Origin: Flavobacteriales bacterium
Lineage (GTDB): Bacteria; Bacteroidota; Bacteroidia; Flavobacteriales_F; PHOS-HE28
Length of the DNA stretch: 64,000 nt
NCBI GenBank assembly: GCA_035325445.1
Contig: DAOKZW010000011.1
Location: forward strand, 39,815-103,814
Direction of reading: 5' to 3'
Shown here piece after piece: positions 29,354 through 37,652 of the stretch (positions are counted from its first letter, which is position 1; each line of letters opens with the position of its first letter). The notes beneath the pieces were generated by a model that was not told where the DNA came from, did not search any database, and saw only the letters and a program-made list of their open reading frames with translations. The position numbers were made by a program, and so were the translations under genes.

Positions 29354-31464
29354 ATCGCGAGTTCGAGCATGACGGTGGCCCCCTTGGCCGGTCGCGTTCC
29401 TGGTGCCGGGCTTTGCCTTTTCACCATGCCGCTTCCTGAAAGCCGCACGCGCAGGCCCTGGTTCTCCAGTATGTACATGGCATCCTTGAGGCCCATGCCG
29501 ACCACATTGGGCATGAGGCCGGTGCCTTCGTCGGGCACGGCGCGCGTGGCCACCTTCACCACGGTATCGGTAGCGGCGGTTGATGCCCACTCACTCTCCC
29601 CTTCCACGGCCACGGGCACCTTCAGGGCGTCCAGCACGGTGAGCAGGTCGTTGCGGTTGCCGCTGAATGAGACGGGTGTGTGGAACACGGTATCCACTTG
29701 GGCGACGGGGTTCTGCAGCTCCAGGCGGTTGCTGTAGATCTTGTCGGCGATCTCGCGGAATACGGGCCCTGCCACCACGTTGCCATAGATGCCGCGCATG
29801 CTGGGCGAGCTCACCACCACGATGCAGGTGTAGCGCGGTTCATCGGCCGGGAAGTAGCCGACGAAGGATGCCTGGTAGCTGAGCCCGTTCACCTTGTATC
29901 CGGCCTTGTCGGAGGCGATCTGTGCGGTGCCGGTCTTACCGGCGATTCGGAAGTGCGCGCTGCGCAGGTTTACCGCGGTACCCGAATCGACCACGCCTTC
30001 CAAGGCCCCCTTGATCATCTCCAGTGTGGCCTCCGAGCAGATCCGCTCGTTGAGCACCACGGGCGGGAACCGCTCGATGACCTTGCCGTTGCGCGACACC
30101 TGGCGCACGAACTGGGGTTGCACCATGCGGCCGCCATTGGCGATGGCGTTGTAGAAGGTGAGCAGGCGCATGGGGGTCATGCCCACTTCATACCCGATGC
30201 TCATCCACGGGAGGCTTACGCCGCTCCAGTACTTCTTGTCCTCCGGCCCCCGCAGCACGGGCACCCCCTCCCCGGGTATGCGCATGCCCAGCGTGCTTCC
30301 GAAGCCGAGTTCCCGCAGGCCTTCCACAAAGCGCGCCGGGTCATTCTTATAGGCGCTGTTGATCGCATAGGAGATGCCCGTATTGCTGCTCACCTCCAAG
30401 GCGCGACGCAGGGTGATCTTGCCATAGCCTCCATCGTGGGAGTCGCGCATGACGCGGTCGTAGTACACGATCTTGCCGTTGCGGGTGTCCACGATCTGGT
30501 CCAGCGAGGCTCGTCCGTCCTCCAGGGCCACCATGAGCGCGGCCGTCTTGAAGGTGCTTCCCGGCTCGGTGGTGGCTCCGAGCGCGTAGTTATAATCCTC
30601 GGCGTACGTGCTGTCCTTTTGGAGGGTGAGGTTGCTGATGGCCTTGATGTAGCCGGTCTTGGTCTCCATCACCACCACGCACCCGTGGTGGGCGCCGTTC
30701 TTCCTGAGCTGCTCGGCCAACGCATCATCGGCCACGTCCTGCAGGTTCATGTCAATGGTGGTGTGCACATCGCTTCCGGGTATGGGTTCCCTTCCCTCGC
30801 CACCGTCCACGGGCATCCACACCCCTCCGGTCAACCGTCTTTCGAGCCTTTTCCCCGTCACGCCCTCCAACCATTGGCCATAGCCGGCCTCCAGTCCGAT
30901 GGCGGTGCTGTCCTTCAGCACATAGCCCACGGTGCGCGACGCCAATCGCCCGAAGGGCCTGATGCGCACCATGCGCTTGTCGGCGATAAAGCCGCTCTTG
31001 TTCCGTCCGAGGCGGAACAGGGGCATTTTCTTCAGGGCCTGCAACTGCTCGTGGTCGCAACGCCTTTTGATCAGGTGGTACCGCTCTCCTTTTGCATAGG
31101 CTGTTGCCAGCCGTTGGCGGTACTCCTGCATGGATCGGTCGCCAAAGAGCTGGGCGAGCTCCCAGCTGAGCGAATCCACATGGGCGGCAAAGAGGTCCTT
31201 GGTGAGACCGTCGGCCCGCATGTCCATGCGGATCTCGTATTCGGGCACACTGGTTGCCAGCAGGCGGTCATCATCGCTGAAGATGTGCCCCCTCTCGCTC
31301 TGCACGGTGCGCATGGCGGTGGCCACGTTCACGGCCTTGGCCCGCCATTGCTCGGCCTCCGTCAACTGTATGCTGAAGAGACTGAACAGGATGGCGGCAC
31401 TGAAGGCCAACAGGCCCAACTGCACGATCACGATGCGCGAGCGGTATGGATGCTGTTCTTCCAT
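29350..31464 (-). CDS. ftsI: Penicillin-binding protein (FtsI/PBP3-type transpeptidase)
   Basis: N-terminal TM. Transpeptidase motifs (STFK in EPGSTFKTAALM, SSN in ALEVSSNTG, KTGT in AGKTGTAQ). Two PASTA-like C-terminal repeats. Start trimmed to ATG at 31464. Confidence 0.92.
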   Translation of the reverse strand: MEEQHPYRSRIVIVQLGLLAFSAAILFSLFSIQLTEAEQWRAKAVNVATAMRTVQSERGHIFSDDDRLLATSVPEYEIRMDMRADGLTKDLFAAHVDSLSWELAQLFGDRSMQEYRQRLATAYAKGERYHLIKRRCDHEQLQALKKMPLFRLGRNKSGFIADKRMVRIRPFGRLASRTVGYVLKDSTAIGLEAGYGQWLEGVTGKRLERRLTGGVWMPVDGGEGREPIPGSDVHTTIDMNLQDVADDALAEQLRKNGAHHGCVVVMETKTGYIKAISNLTLQKDSTYAEDYNYALGATTEPGSTFKTAALMVALEDGRASLDQIVDTRNGKIVYYDRVMRDSHDGGYGKITLRRALEVSSNTGISYAINSAYKNDPARFVEGLRELGFGSTLGMRIPGEGVPVLRGPEDKKYWSGVSLPWMSIGYEVGMTPMRLLTFYNAIANGGRMVQPQFVRQVSRNGKVIERFPPVVLNERICSEATLEMIKGALEGVVDSGTAVNLRSAHFRIAGKTGTAQIASDKAGYKVNGLSYQASFVGYFPADEPRYTCIVVVSSPSMRGIYGNVVAGPVFREIADKIYSNRLELQNPVAQVDTVFHTPVSFSGNRNDLLTVLDALKVPVAVEGESEWASTAATDTVVKVATRAVPDEGTGLMPNVVGMGLKDAMYILENQGLRVRLSGSGMVKRQSPAPGTRPAKGATVMLELAI

Positions 31465-31865
31465 CAACGGGCTCGTTGGGCTTCCAATTCCTTTTTCCCC
31501 ACGACAATGCGCTTGGGCGGCACCCGGCTCTCGCGGAGCCCCAGGCCACCGATGTCGTCCGCCACTTGGCTCTGGCGCTCGGCGCGCTCCAGGTGGCTCC
31601 GTATGGTGATGTACTCCGAGCGCATTTCCTTGAGCTCGCTGCTGGTGCGGTCCAGCTCGCGCACGGTGCGCTCGGTCCAGTACCCATATCCGATATAGGC
31701 CAGCATGAGGCCCACCACGAACAGCAGGGTGGGGATATTGGCGAGCACCGTTTCGCGGGTGAGGTAGGCACCGCTCAGGATGTTGGACAATCCCCTCGAG
31801 AATGTCCGCTTGGGCTTGTCCCCCCGCTCCTTCTTGGCTGCTATGTCCTTCTTCAACTTGTTCAC
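31464..31865 (-). CDS. FtsL-like cell division protein (Bacteroidota type)
   Basis: Small bitopic protein (TM IPTLLFVVGLMLAYIGYGYW) followed by a coiled-coil segment. It lies between rsmH and ftsI, with a TGATG junction to ftsI. Confidence 0.7.
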   Translation of the reverse strand: MNKLKKDIAAKKERGDKPKRTFSRGLSNILSGAYLTRETVLANIPTLLFVVGLMLAYIGYGYWTERTVRELDRTSSELKEMRSEYITIRSHLERAERQSQVADDIGGLGLRESRVPPKRIVVGKKELEAQRAR

Positions 31866-32776
31866 TGCCTGATCGCTGTTCGCAGGCGCGCGCTGCGCGC
31901 CCGTGGGTTCCTCGCCTGCTCTTCCTCCGATGCCTGCACGGCCTTGCCTCCGGCCGGCTTGAAGGGGCGGAGGTTGTTGCCATACAGGTCCTTGGTTTCC
32001 CGGCCTTCCAGGTCGCCGGTCTTCATCCAGTTCTTCACCAGGCGGTCCTCCAGGCTGTGGTAGCTCATCACCACGAGCCGGCCGCCGGGCCTGACCACCT
32101 TCGCGCTGGCCTCCAGCAACGCCTTGAGGGCCCCCATCTCATCGTTCACCACTATGCGCAAGGCCTGGAACACCTGTGCCAGGAAGGTCCGCTCCTCACC
32201 CCGCCGGGCCAAGGGCCTCAGCAGGTCCGCCAACTGGCCGGTGGTCCTGATGGGTTCCTTGCCGCGTGCTTCCACGATACGGCGGGCCACCTTGTGGGCC
32301 CCGGGCACCTCCCCGTACTGTTGCAGCATGGTGGCCAAGGCACGCTCGTCCAAGGCGTTCACCAGGTCGGCCGCAGTACGCTTGGCGCGCTGGTTCATGC
32401 GCATGTCCAACGGCGCATCGAAGCGGAAGCTGAAGCCCCGATCGGGGGTGTCAAACTGATGGCTGCTGACGCCCAGGTCGGCCAACAGCCCATCCACGGG
32501 CACCTTGCCGAGATAGTCCAAGTGGTTGGCCACCCATCGGAAATCGGATGCGACCAGGGTGAACCGCGGGTCGGTGATGGTGTTTCGCGCGCTGTCCGCA
32601 TCGCGGTCGAAGGCGACGAGCGACCCCTCGGGCCCGAGTTCGGCGAGAATGGCCCGGCTATGTCCTCCGCCGCCGAAAGTGACATCCACATACACGCCAC
32701 CGGGGCGTATGGCGAGCGCGTCGATGCACTCCTTCAGCAGGACCGGCTCATGATATGTCGCCCGGGCCGCTGTCAT
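31862..32776 (-). CDS. rsmH: 16S rRNA (cytosine1402-N4)-methyltransferase
   Basis: YHEPVLLKECIDAL, VDVTFGGGGHS, DLGVSSHQFD and SYHSLEDRLVK. Confidence 0.95.
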   Translation of the reverse strand: MTAARATYHEPVLLKECIDALAIRPGGVYVDVTFGGGGHSRAILAELGPEGSLVAFDRDADSARNTITDPRFTLVASDFRWVANHLDYLGKVPVDGLLADLGVSSHQFDTPDRGFSFRFDAPLDMRMNQRAKRTAADLVNALDERALATMLQQYGEVPGAHKVARRIVEARGKEPIRTTGQLADLLRPLARRGEERTFLAQVFQALRIVVNDEMGALKALLEASAKVVRPGGRLVVMSYHSLEDRLVKNWMKTGDLEGRETKDLYGNNLRPFKPAGGKAVQASEEEQARNPRARSARLRTAIRQ

Positions 32777-33224
32777 TGCCCAAGCTGCCCATCACTTCCT
32801 CGGCCAAGGCCGAGAGGTCCACTTTCTCCTTGCGCATCCGCGCATAGCCGTCCTTGCCCCACACCTCCACCCGGTCGCCCAGGCACACCAGCTTGAGGTC
32901 CTTGCCCAGCTTGGGGTCGTCCATAAGCGCCTTGGGCAAGAGCAAGCGCCCACTGCCATCGAGCTCCAGATGCGTGGCCCCTGCGGTAAAGCGCCGGATG
33001 AACTCCATGTTCTTGCCCACGAAGCGGTTCAGCCTCCCCAGCATGCGGCTGGTGGCCTCCCACACCTGGTTCGGATAGAGCACCAGGCACGGCTGGAAAA
33101 CATCCCGATTGACCACGAAGCCCTTGGAGAGGGTATCGGCCAACTGCTTCTTCAGCCCGGACGGCAGCACCAGGCGCCCCTTGGCGTCCAGCCGCACATC
33201 GTATTCCCCGAGCAGGTTGAGCAT
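32748..33224 (-). CDS. mraZ: Transcriptional regulator MraZ
   Basis: MLNLLGEYDVRLDAKGRLVLPSGLKKQL plus a second repeat LDGSGRLLLPKAL. It is the first gene of the dcw cluster. Confidence 0.93.
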   Translation of the reverse strand: MLNLLGEYDVRLDAKGRLVLPSGLKKQLADTLSKGFVVNRDVFQPCLVLYPNQVWEATSRMLGRLNRFVGKNMEFIRRFTAGATHLELDGSGRLLLPKALMDDPKLGKDLKLVCLGDRVEVWGKDGYARMRKEKVDLSALAEEVMGSLGNDSGPGDIS

Positions 33225-33268
33225 TGGTTTTCATGGCGTGGGGCGGTGGCCGCGAAAGTAGGCCGAAT

Positions 33269-33298
33269 GCCCCACTTTCCTCCCTATAACCCCACTTT
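33269..33298 (-). promoter_or_regulatory. Candidate MraZ operator: three 10-bp-phased direct repeats
   Basis: The minus strand reads AAAGTGGGGT-TATAGGGAGG-AAAGTGGGGC. It lies 44 nt upstream of the mraZ ATG and just downstream of the predicted -7 box. The MraZ operators I recall are phased (G)TGGG repeats. Confidence 0.5.
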
Positions 33299-33317
33299 GT
33301 TCAAAACTATTGCCTTG

Positions 33318-33348
33318 CAAACATAGTTCGTCTTCTTTCATATACCAA
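33318..33348 (-). promoter_or_regulatory. Candidate Bacteroidota sigma-A promoter of the dcw cluster (-33 TTG / -7 TAnnTTTG)
   Basis: The minus strand has TATGTTTG at 33325-33318 and TTG at 33348-33346, with a 20-nt spacer. It sits in the only AT-rich stretch of the region. Confidence 0.4.
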
Positions 33349-33584
33349 TAATCATACGAAAATAGGGCATTTCAGGTTGGTGGGAGAATGTGGGGCAAAA
33401 TGAACACAAGTGTCCTTTTCGGTCTTCCGGCCACCGCTGCCCCTCCTCCTCCGGAACCCTGGCTTCCAGTTGTTTGTATAAGGCCGACATTGCTCACCGC
33501 GAGCGTCGGAATGCAGGAAACACCATCTTCAGCCCCTGCCGCCCGATCGGGTCTATCGCGCATCTTCTTACTTTGCCGGAACTG

Positions 33585-34484
33585 ATGGCAAGCACCACGA
33601 ACGGCCGAGGCTTCCGGGCCAGCACCCTCCCGCGCCTGTTGCGGGTCCATCAATGGGTGAAGAATGGCTTCCTGTTCTTCCCGGCCTTCTTCGCCGGAGC
33701 CCTGTTCGAGCCCGGGGTGCTCTGGCGCACGTCGATGGGGTTCCTGTTGTTCAGTCTGGCGGCTTCCGCGATCTACTTGTACAACGACCTGCGGGATGTT
33801 GAGCAGGACCGCTTGCATCCGGAGAAAAGCAAACGCCCCATCGCGGCGGGCGAGGTCTTGCTCGGGGCCATTCCTTGGGCCAGCGGCCTGCTGGGGCTGG
33901 TGGCCTTGGGCGGCGCCTGGCTGCTGGAGCCGATGTTCGCCATGGTGGTAGGGACCTACTTGCTGATGAACTTCCTGTACACGGTGCGGCTGAAGCGCAT
34001 CCCGCTGGTGGATGTCACCATCATCGCCCTGGGCTTCATCCTGCGGATCTATGCCGGGGGCATCCTCGGGGGGGTGCCCAACTCGCATTGGATCTACCTG
34101 GTTACCTTCCTGCTGGCGCTGTTCCTGGCCTTGGCCAAGCGGCGCGACGACCTGGTCCAGGCCGGTGGCGGCACCGGCCTGCGCGCCAGCCTCAAGGGCT
34201 ACAACCTCGCCTTCGTGGATGCCTCCATGATCACCTTGGCGGTGCTAACGGTGCAATCCTATATCATGTACACGGTGAGCGAGGATGTCATCGCCCGGCT
34301 GGGCACCAACAAACTGTACATCACCAGTGGCTTCGTGGTGTTGGGCATGTTGCGCTACTTCCAGATCACCTTGGTGGAACTTCGGAGCGGATCACCTTCC
34401 AAGCTGGTCTATACCGACCCCGGGCTCCGCTTGGTGCTTCTGGGCTGGATCATCTCATTCGCCATCATCCTATATGCACGCTGA
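33585..34484 (+). CDS. UbiA-family prenyl-phosphate 5-phosphoribosyltransferase (DPPR-synthase-like)
   Basis: RVHQWVKNGFLFFPAFFAG and YLYNDLRDVEQDRLHPEKSKRPIAAG (NDxxDxxxD plus KRPIAAG, as in mycobacterial Rv3806c). Multiple TM segments. Start trimmed to ATG at 33585. Confidence 0.75.
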   Translation: MASTTNGRGFRASTLPRLLRVHQWVKNGFLFFPAFFAGALFEPGVLWRTSMGFLLFSLAASAIYLYNDLRDVEQDRLHPEKSKRPIAAGEVLLGAIPWASGLLGLVALGGAWLLEPMFAMVVGTYLLMNFLYTVRLKRIPLVDVTIIALGFILRIYAGGILGGVPNSHWIYLVTFLLALFLALAKRRDDLVQAGGGTGLRASLKGYNLAFVDASMITLAVLTVQSYIMYTVSEDVIARLGTNKLYITSGFVVLGMLRYFQITLVELRSGSPSKLVYTDPGLRLVLLGWIISFAIILYAR

Positions 34485-36576
34485 ATACGGCAGGTGGAGC
34501 AACTGGGGCTTGTACCCCGAGATCACCGGCACCGTTTGGTCGCCGGTCAACGAGGAGGAATCACGCCATTTGGTCGGCTCCCGCCCGGCCCTCGCTCCCC
34601 GCGGCAACGGGCGCAGCTACGGCGATGCCTCCCTGGGGCGCCGCATGGTCAGCGGCATGGGGCTGGCCGAGGTCTTCGAGCTGGACCGCGACAAAGGCAC
34701 CCTGCGCTGCAGTGCCGGTCTGCTGCTGGACGAGATCCTGCTGCGCATCGTGCCACAAGGCTTCTTCCTGCCCGTAACGCCCGGCACCCGCCTGGTGAGC
34801 ATCGGCGGGGCCATCGGCGGCGACATCCACGGCAAGAACCACCACGTGGACGGCAGTTTCTCCGCCTTTGTGGAAACGATGACGGTGCTGACCGGCGACG
34901 GCACGGCCGTGACCTGCTCACCCACGAAGAACAGCGATCTGTTTTGGGCCACGTGCGGCGGCATGGGGCTCACCGGCTTCATCCTGGAGGCCACCATCCG
35001 GTTGAAACCGATCACCTCGGCCTACATCCGCCAGCGCAGCATCAAGTGCGGTGACCTCGATGAACTTTTCGCCCAATTCGAGGAACACAAGGATGCCACC
35101 TACAACGTGGCCTGGATCGACCTGATGGCCAAGGGCCGCCACCAAGGGCGCTCCGTGCTGCTGCTGGGCGAACATGCCGAGGCATCGGAACTGAAAGGAG
35201 CGATGGCCAAGGCGCCCCTGCGCCCCCATGGCAAGACCCGGCTGAAGGTCCCGTTCTTCTTCCCCGGGTTCGTCCTTTCGCCCTTCACGGTCAAGATCTT
35301 CAACTGGCTGTACAACTGGAAGGCCGACGGCAGCGGCCGCCCCTCGTACGTGCATTACGGTCCCTACTTCCATCCGCTTGATGCCGTGCATGAATGGAAC
35401 AAGATCTACGGTCGGCGCGGCTTCGTGCAATACCAGTTCGTGGTGCCCTTGGCCAACGGCCGCGCCGTGATGGGCGAGGTGCTCGAGGAGCTTCGCCGGA
35501 ACGGGATGGTAAGCTTCCTGGCCGTGCTGAAGCGTTTCGGCCCCGGTGCGCCCGATGCCCTGCTGAGCTTCCCGGCGGAGGGCTATACGCTGGCCTTGGA
35601 CATCCCGCTGCGGAAAGGCACCCTCGACGTCTTGGACGAACTGGACCGCAATGTGGCCGATGCCGGCGGACGGATCTACCTGGTGAAGGACGCCCGGATG
35701 TCTGCTTCCATGATGGCGAAGACCTATCCGCGCCTGGATGAGTTCCGCGCCATCGCCCGGCGATATGGCCAAGGTCGGTTCCGTACGGCCCTTTCCGACC
35801 GGCTGGGCCTGCTGGATGAACCGGCCCCGGCCCCATTCTTCGACCCCAACCGTGTGCTGATCCTGGGGGCGGGATCGGGCATGGCCACGGCCTTGGCGCG
35901 GTGTTATGCCCGCGAAGGACACTCCTTGGTATTGGCCATGCGGGACCAAGCGGCAGCCCAGGCCCTGTGCGACGGCATACAGGCCGAAACGGGTGCGAGC
36001 TGCACCCCCGCGGCCTTCGATGCCGAGGACACGGGCAGCCACGCAGCCTTCTATGCAAAGCTGGATCCCCGGCCCGGCATCGTGGTCTGCGCCTTCGGCC
36101 TGCTGCCCGACCAGGCAACGGCGCAGGATGAGCCCGGCGGCGGCCTGAAGGCCATCGCGGTGAACTACACCGGTGCCGTAAGCATCCTGGAGGAAGCCGC
36201 CCGCGACCTGGAGCAACGCGGCGAGGGCTCCATCATCGGGATCTCCTCGGTGGCCGGTGATCGCGGGCGTGCCAGCAACTACTTCTATGGCAGCGCGAAG
36301 GCGGGCTTCACGGCCTATCTCAGCGGATTGCGCAACCGCCTCCAAGCCTCCGGCGTGCACGTCCTCACCGTCAAGCCGGGCTTTGTGCGCACGGCCATGA
36401 CCGAGGGTTTGCCGCTGCCGGCACCATTGACGGCCAGCGCGGAACAAGCCGCCGAAGCCATCCACAAGGCTTGGCGCAAGCGGCGCAACACCGCGTACGT
36501 GCTGGGCCGGTGGCGATGGATCATGCTCATCATCAAGCTGCTCCCCGAAGGGGTCTTCAAACGCCTGAAGCTTTGA
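34474..36576 (+). CDS. Fusion of a DprE1-like FAD oxidase and a DprE2-like short-chain dehydrogenase
   Basis: N-terminal half: PRGNGRSYGD, GGAIGGDIHGKNHH, FWATCGGMGLTGFI, YNVAWIDL, GFVQYQFVVP and GGRIYLVKDARM. C-terminal half: VLILGAGSGMATALA, ISSVAGDRG and YGSAKAG (SDR catalytic YxxxK). It overlaps the ubiA-like gene by 11 nt. Confidence 0.8.
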   Translation: MHAEYGRWSNWGLYPEITGTVWSPVNEEESRHLVGSRPALAPRGNGRSYGDASLGRRMVSGMGLAEVFELDRDKGTLRCSAGLLLDEILLRIVPQGFFLPVTPGTRLVSIGGAIGGDIHGKNHHVDGSFSAFVETMTVLTGDGTAVTCSPTKNSDLFWATCGGMGLTGFILEATIRLKPITSAYIRQRSIKCGDLDELFAQFEEHKDATYNVAWIDLMAKGRHQGRSVLLLGEHAEASELKGAMAKAPLRPHGKTRLKVPFFFPGFVLSPFTVKIFNWLYNWKADGSGRPSYVHYGPYFHPLDAVHEWNKIYGRRGFVQYQFVVPLANGRAVMGEVLEELRRNGMVSFLAVLKRFGPGAPDALLSFPAEGYTLALDIPLRKGTLDVLDELDRNVADAGGRIYLVKDARMSASMMAKTYPRLDEFRAIARRYGQGRFRTALSDRLGLLDEPAPAPFFDPNRVLILGAGSGMATALARCYAREGHSLVLAMRDQAAAQALCDGIQAETGASCTPAAFDAEDTGSHAAFYAKLDPRPGIVVCAFGLLPDQATAQDEPGGGLKAIAVNYTGAVSILEEAARDLEQRGEGSIIGISSVAGDRGRASNYFYGSAKAGFTAYLSGLRNRLQASGVHVLTVKPGFVRTAMTEGLPLPAPLTASAEQAAEAIHKAWRKRRNTAYVLGRWRWIMLIIKLLPEGVFKRLKL

Positions 36577-37163
36577 AGACCGTGGCCCTCTTCGACCTTG
36601 ACGGCACCATTACCCGTGCCGACACGATGCTGGAATACCTGGCCTATGCCCACGGGCGTGCCAAGCTGGCCTGGTGGCTGGCCCTTGTGTTTCCGGCATG
36701 GGTGCTGGCGAAGCTCGGGCTGGCACACCACGATACCCCTAAGCGGATGCTGGTCCGGTTGGCTTTCGCGGGGCAACAAGTGGCCGAACAGGAAAAGACC
36801 GCCCACCTGTTCACCCTTGACAAGATGCCCGGCCTCTTGCGGGAGGCCGCCTTGGAGCGCATTTGGGAACACAAGCGGCATGGGGCCACCGTCGTCATCG
36901 TCACGGCCTCCTGTTCGCTGTGGGTGGAACCGTGGTGCCGGCAGCACGGGCTTGAGCTGCTGGCCACGGAGCTTGAAACGGGGGATGGCCGCTATACGGG
37001 CCGGCTGCGCACCCCGAATTGCCGGGGAAAAGAAAAGGTGGCACGCATCCGCGCGCATCTGGGCGATCTCTCCGGTCTGGACATACACGCGTACGGGGAT
37101 ACGCCCGGCGACAAGCCCATGCTTGCCTTGGCCAGGGAACCTCACTACAAGCCATTCCGTTAG
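36573..37163 (+). CDS. HAD-IB family hydrolase (candidate phosphatase)
   Basis: VALFDLDGTIT (DxDxT), VVIVTAS and GDTPGDKPML. No in-frame ATG lies near the domain start. The likely start is TTG at 36573, overlapping the upstream TGA as TTGA, or alternatively GTG at 36582. Confidence 0.7.
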   Translation: MKTVALFDLDGTITRADTMLEYLAYAHGRAKLAWWLALVFPAWVLAKLGLAHHDTPKRMLVRLAFAGQQVAEQEKTAHLFTLDKMPGLLREAALERIWEHKRHGATVVIVTASCSLWVEPWCRQHGLELLATELETGDGRYTGRLRTPNCRGKEKVARIRAHLGDLSGLDIHAYGDTPGDKPMLALAREPHYKPFR

Positions 37164-37187
37164 AGGGGCCCGGAAGTCTCTTTCCTG

Positions 37188-37652
37188 ATGCTCCAGCCAC
37201 CACGCAACGGCATATCGTTCCGGCACTTGGCCGGCTTCGCGGCATTCCTCGCCTTGCTGATGGCCATCGCCGTCAAGATCACTTGGTACCCCATACCCCG
37301 CTCCTCCGTCGTAGGCACCTATGTGCGGCCCTCATCGGTCCTGCTGCCCATGTCCGGCCTGCCCGACACCGTTGTATTGTACGATGATGGCACGCTGATC
37401 TTCTCCGAGGCCACCTCGGGCGTTCTCTTCAAAGGGCCATGGCACTGGGATGAGCAGGAGCGCGTGGTCCGTACGGAGGTGCACCGTTGGGACCGCCAGT
37501 TAAGCATGCGCAGCACGCTGTTCGGCCCCCGCTTGGCCATGCGTATTTGCACCACCCCGGTCAACGAGGACCTGGAAGAACGCGACGACGAGGTCGATCT
37601 GCGCAGGATAGGTCCGCCCATTCCGGGCTTCCCCCACATGCCGTCCCCATGA
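37188..37652 (+). CDS. Hypothetical small membrane-anchored protein
   Basis: One N-terminal hydrophobic segment (LAGFAAFLALLMAIAV). An ATGA overlap joins it to the downstream GT-C-like gene. I recognise no motif. Confidence 0.5.
   Translation: MLQPPRNGISFRHLAGFAAFLALLMAIAVKITWYPIPRSSVVGTYVRPSSVLLPMSGLPDTVVLYDDGTLIFSEATSGVLFKGPWHWDEQERVVRTEVHRWDRQLSMRSTLFGPRLAMRICTTPVNEDLEERDDEVDLRRIGPPIPGFPHMPSP

Noticed and set aside
34918-36465. A 515-aa minus-strand ORF, and other alternative-frame ORFs, across the dprE1-dprE2-like gene.
   Set aside because: The plus-strand frame carries contiguous DprE1 and SDR motifs. The antisense ORF has none and is a high-GC artefact. The same reasoning applies to 6976-8436(-), 14385-16124(-), 24577-26229(+), 29680-31698(+), 39100-40464(-), 43353-44519(-) and 51777-53153(+).
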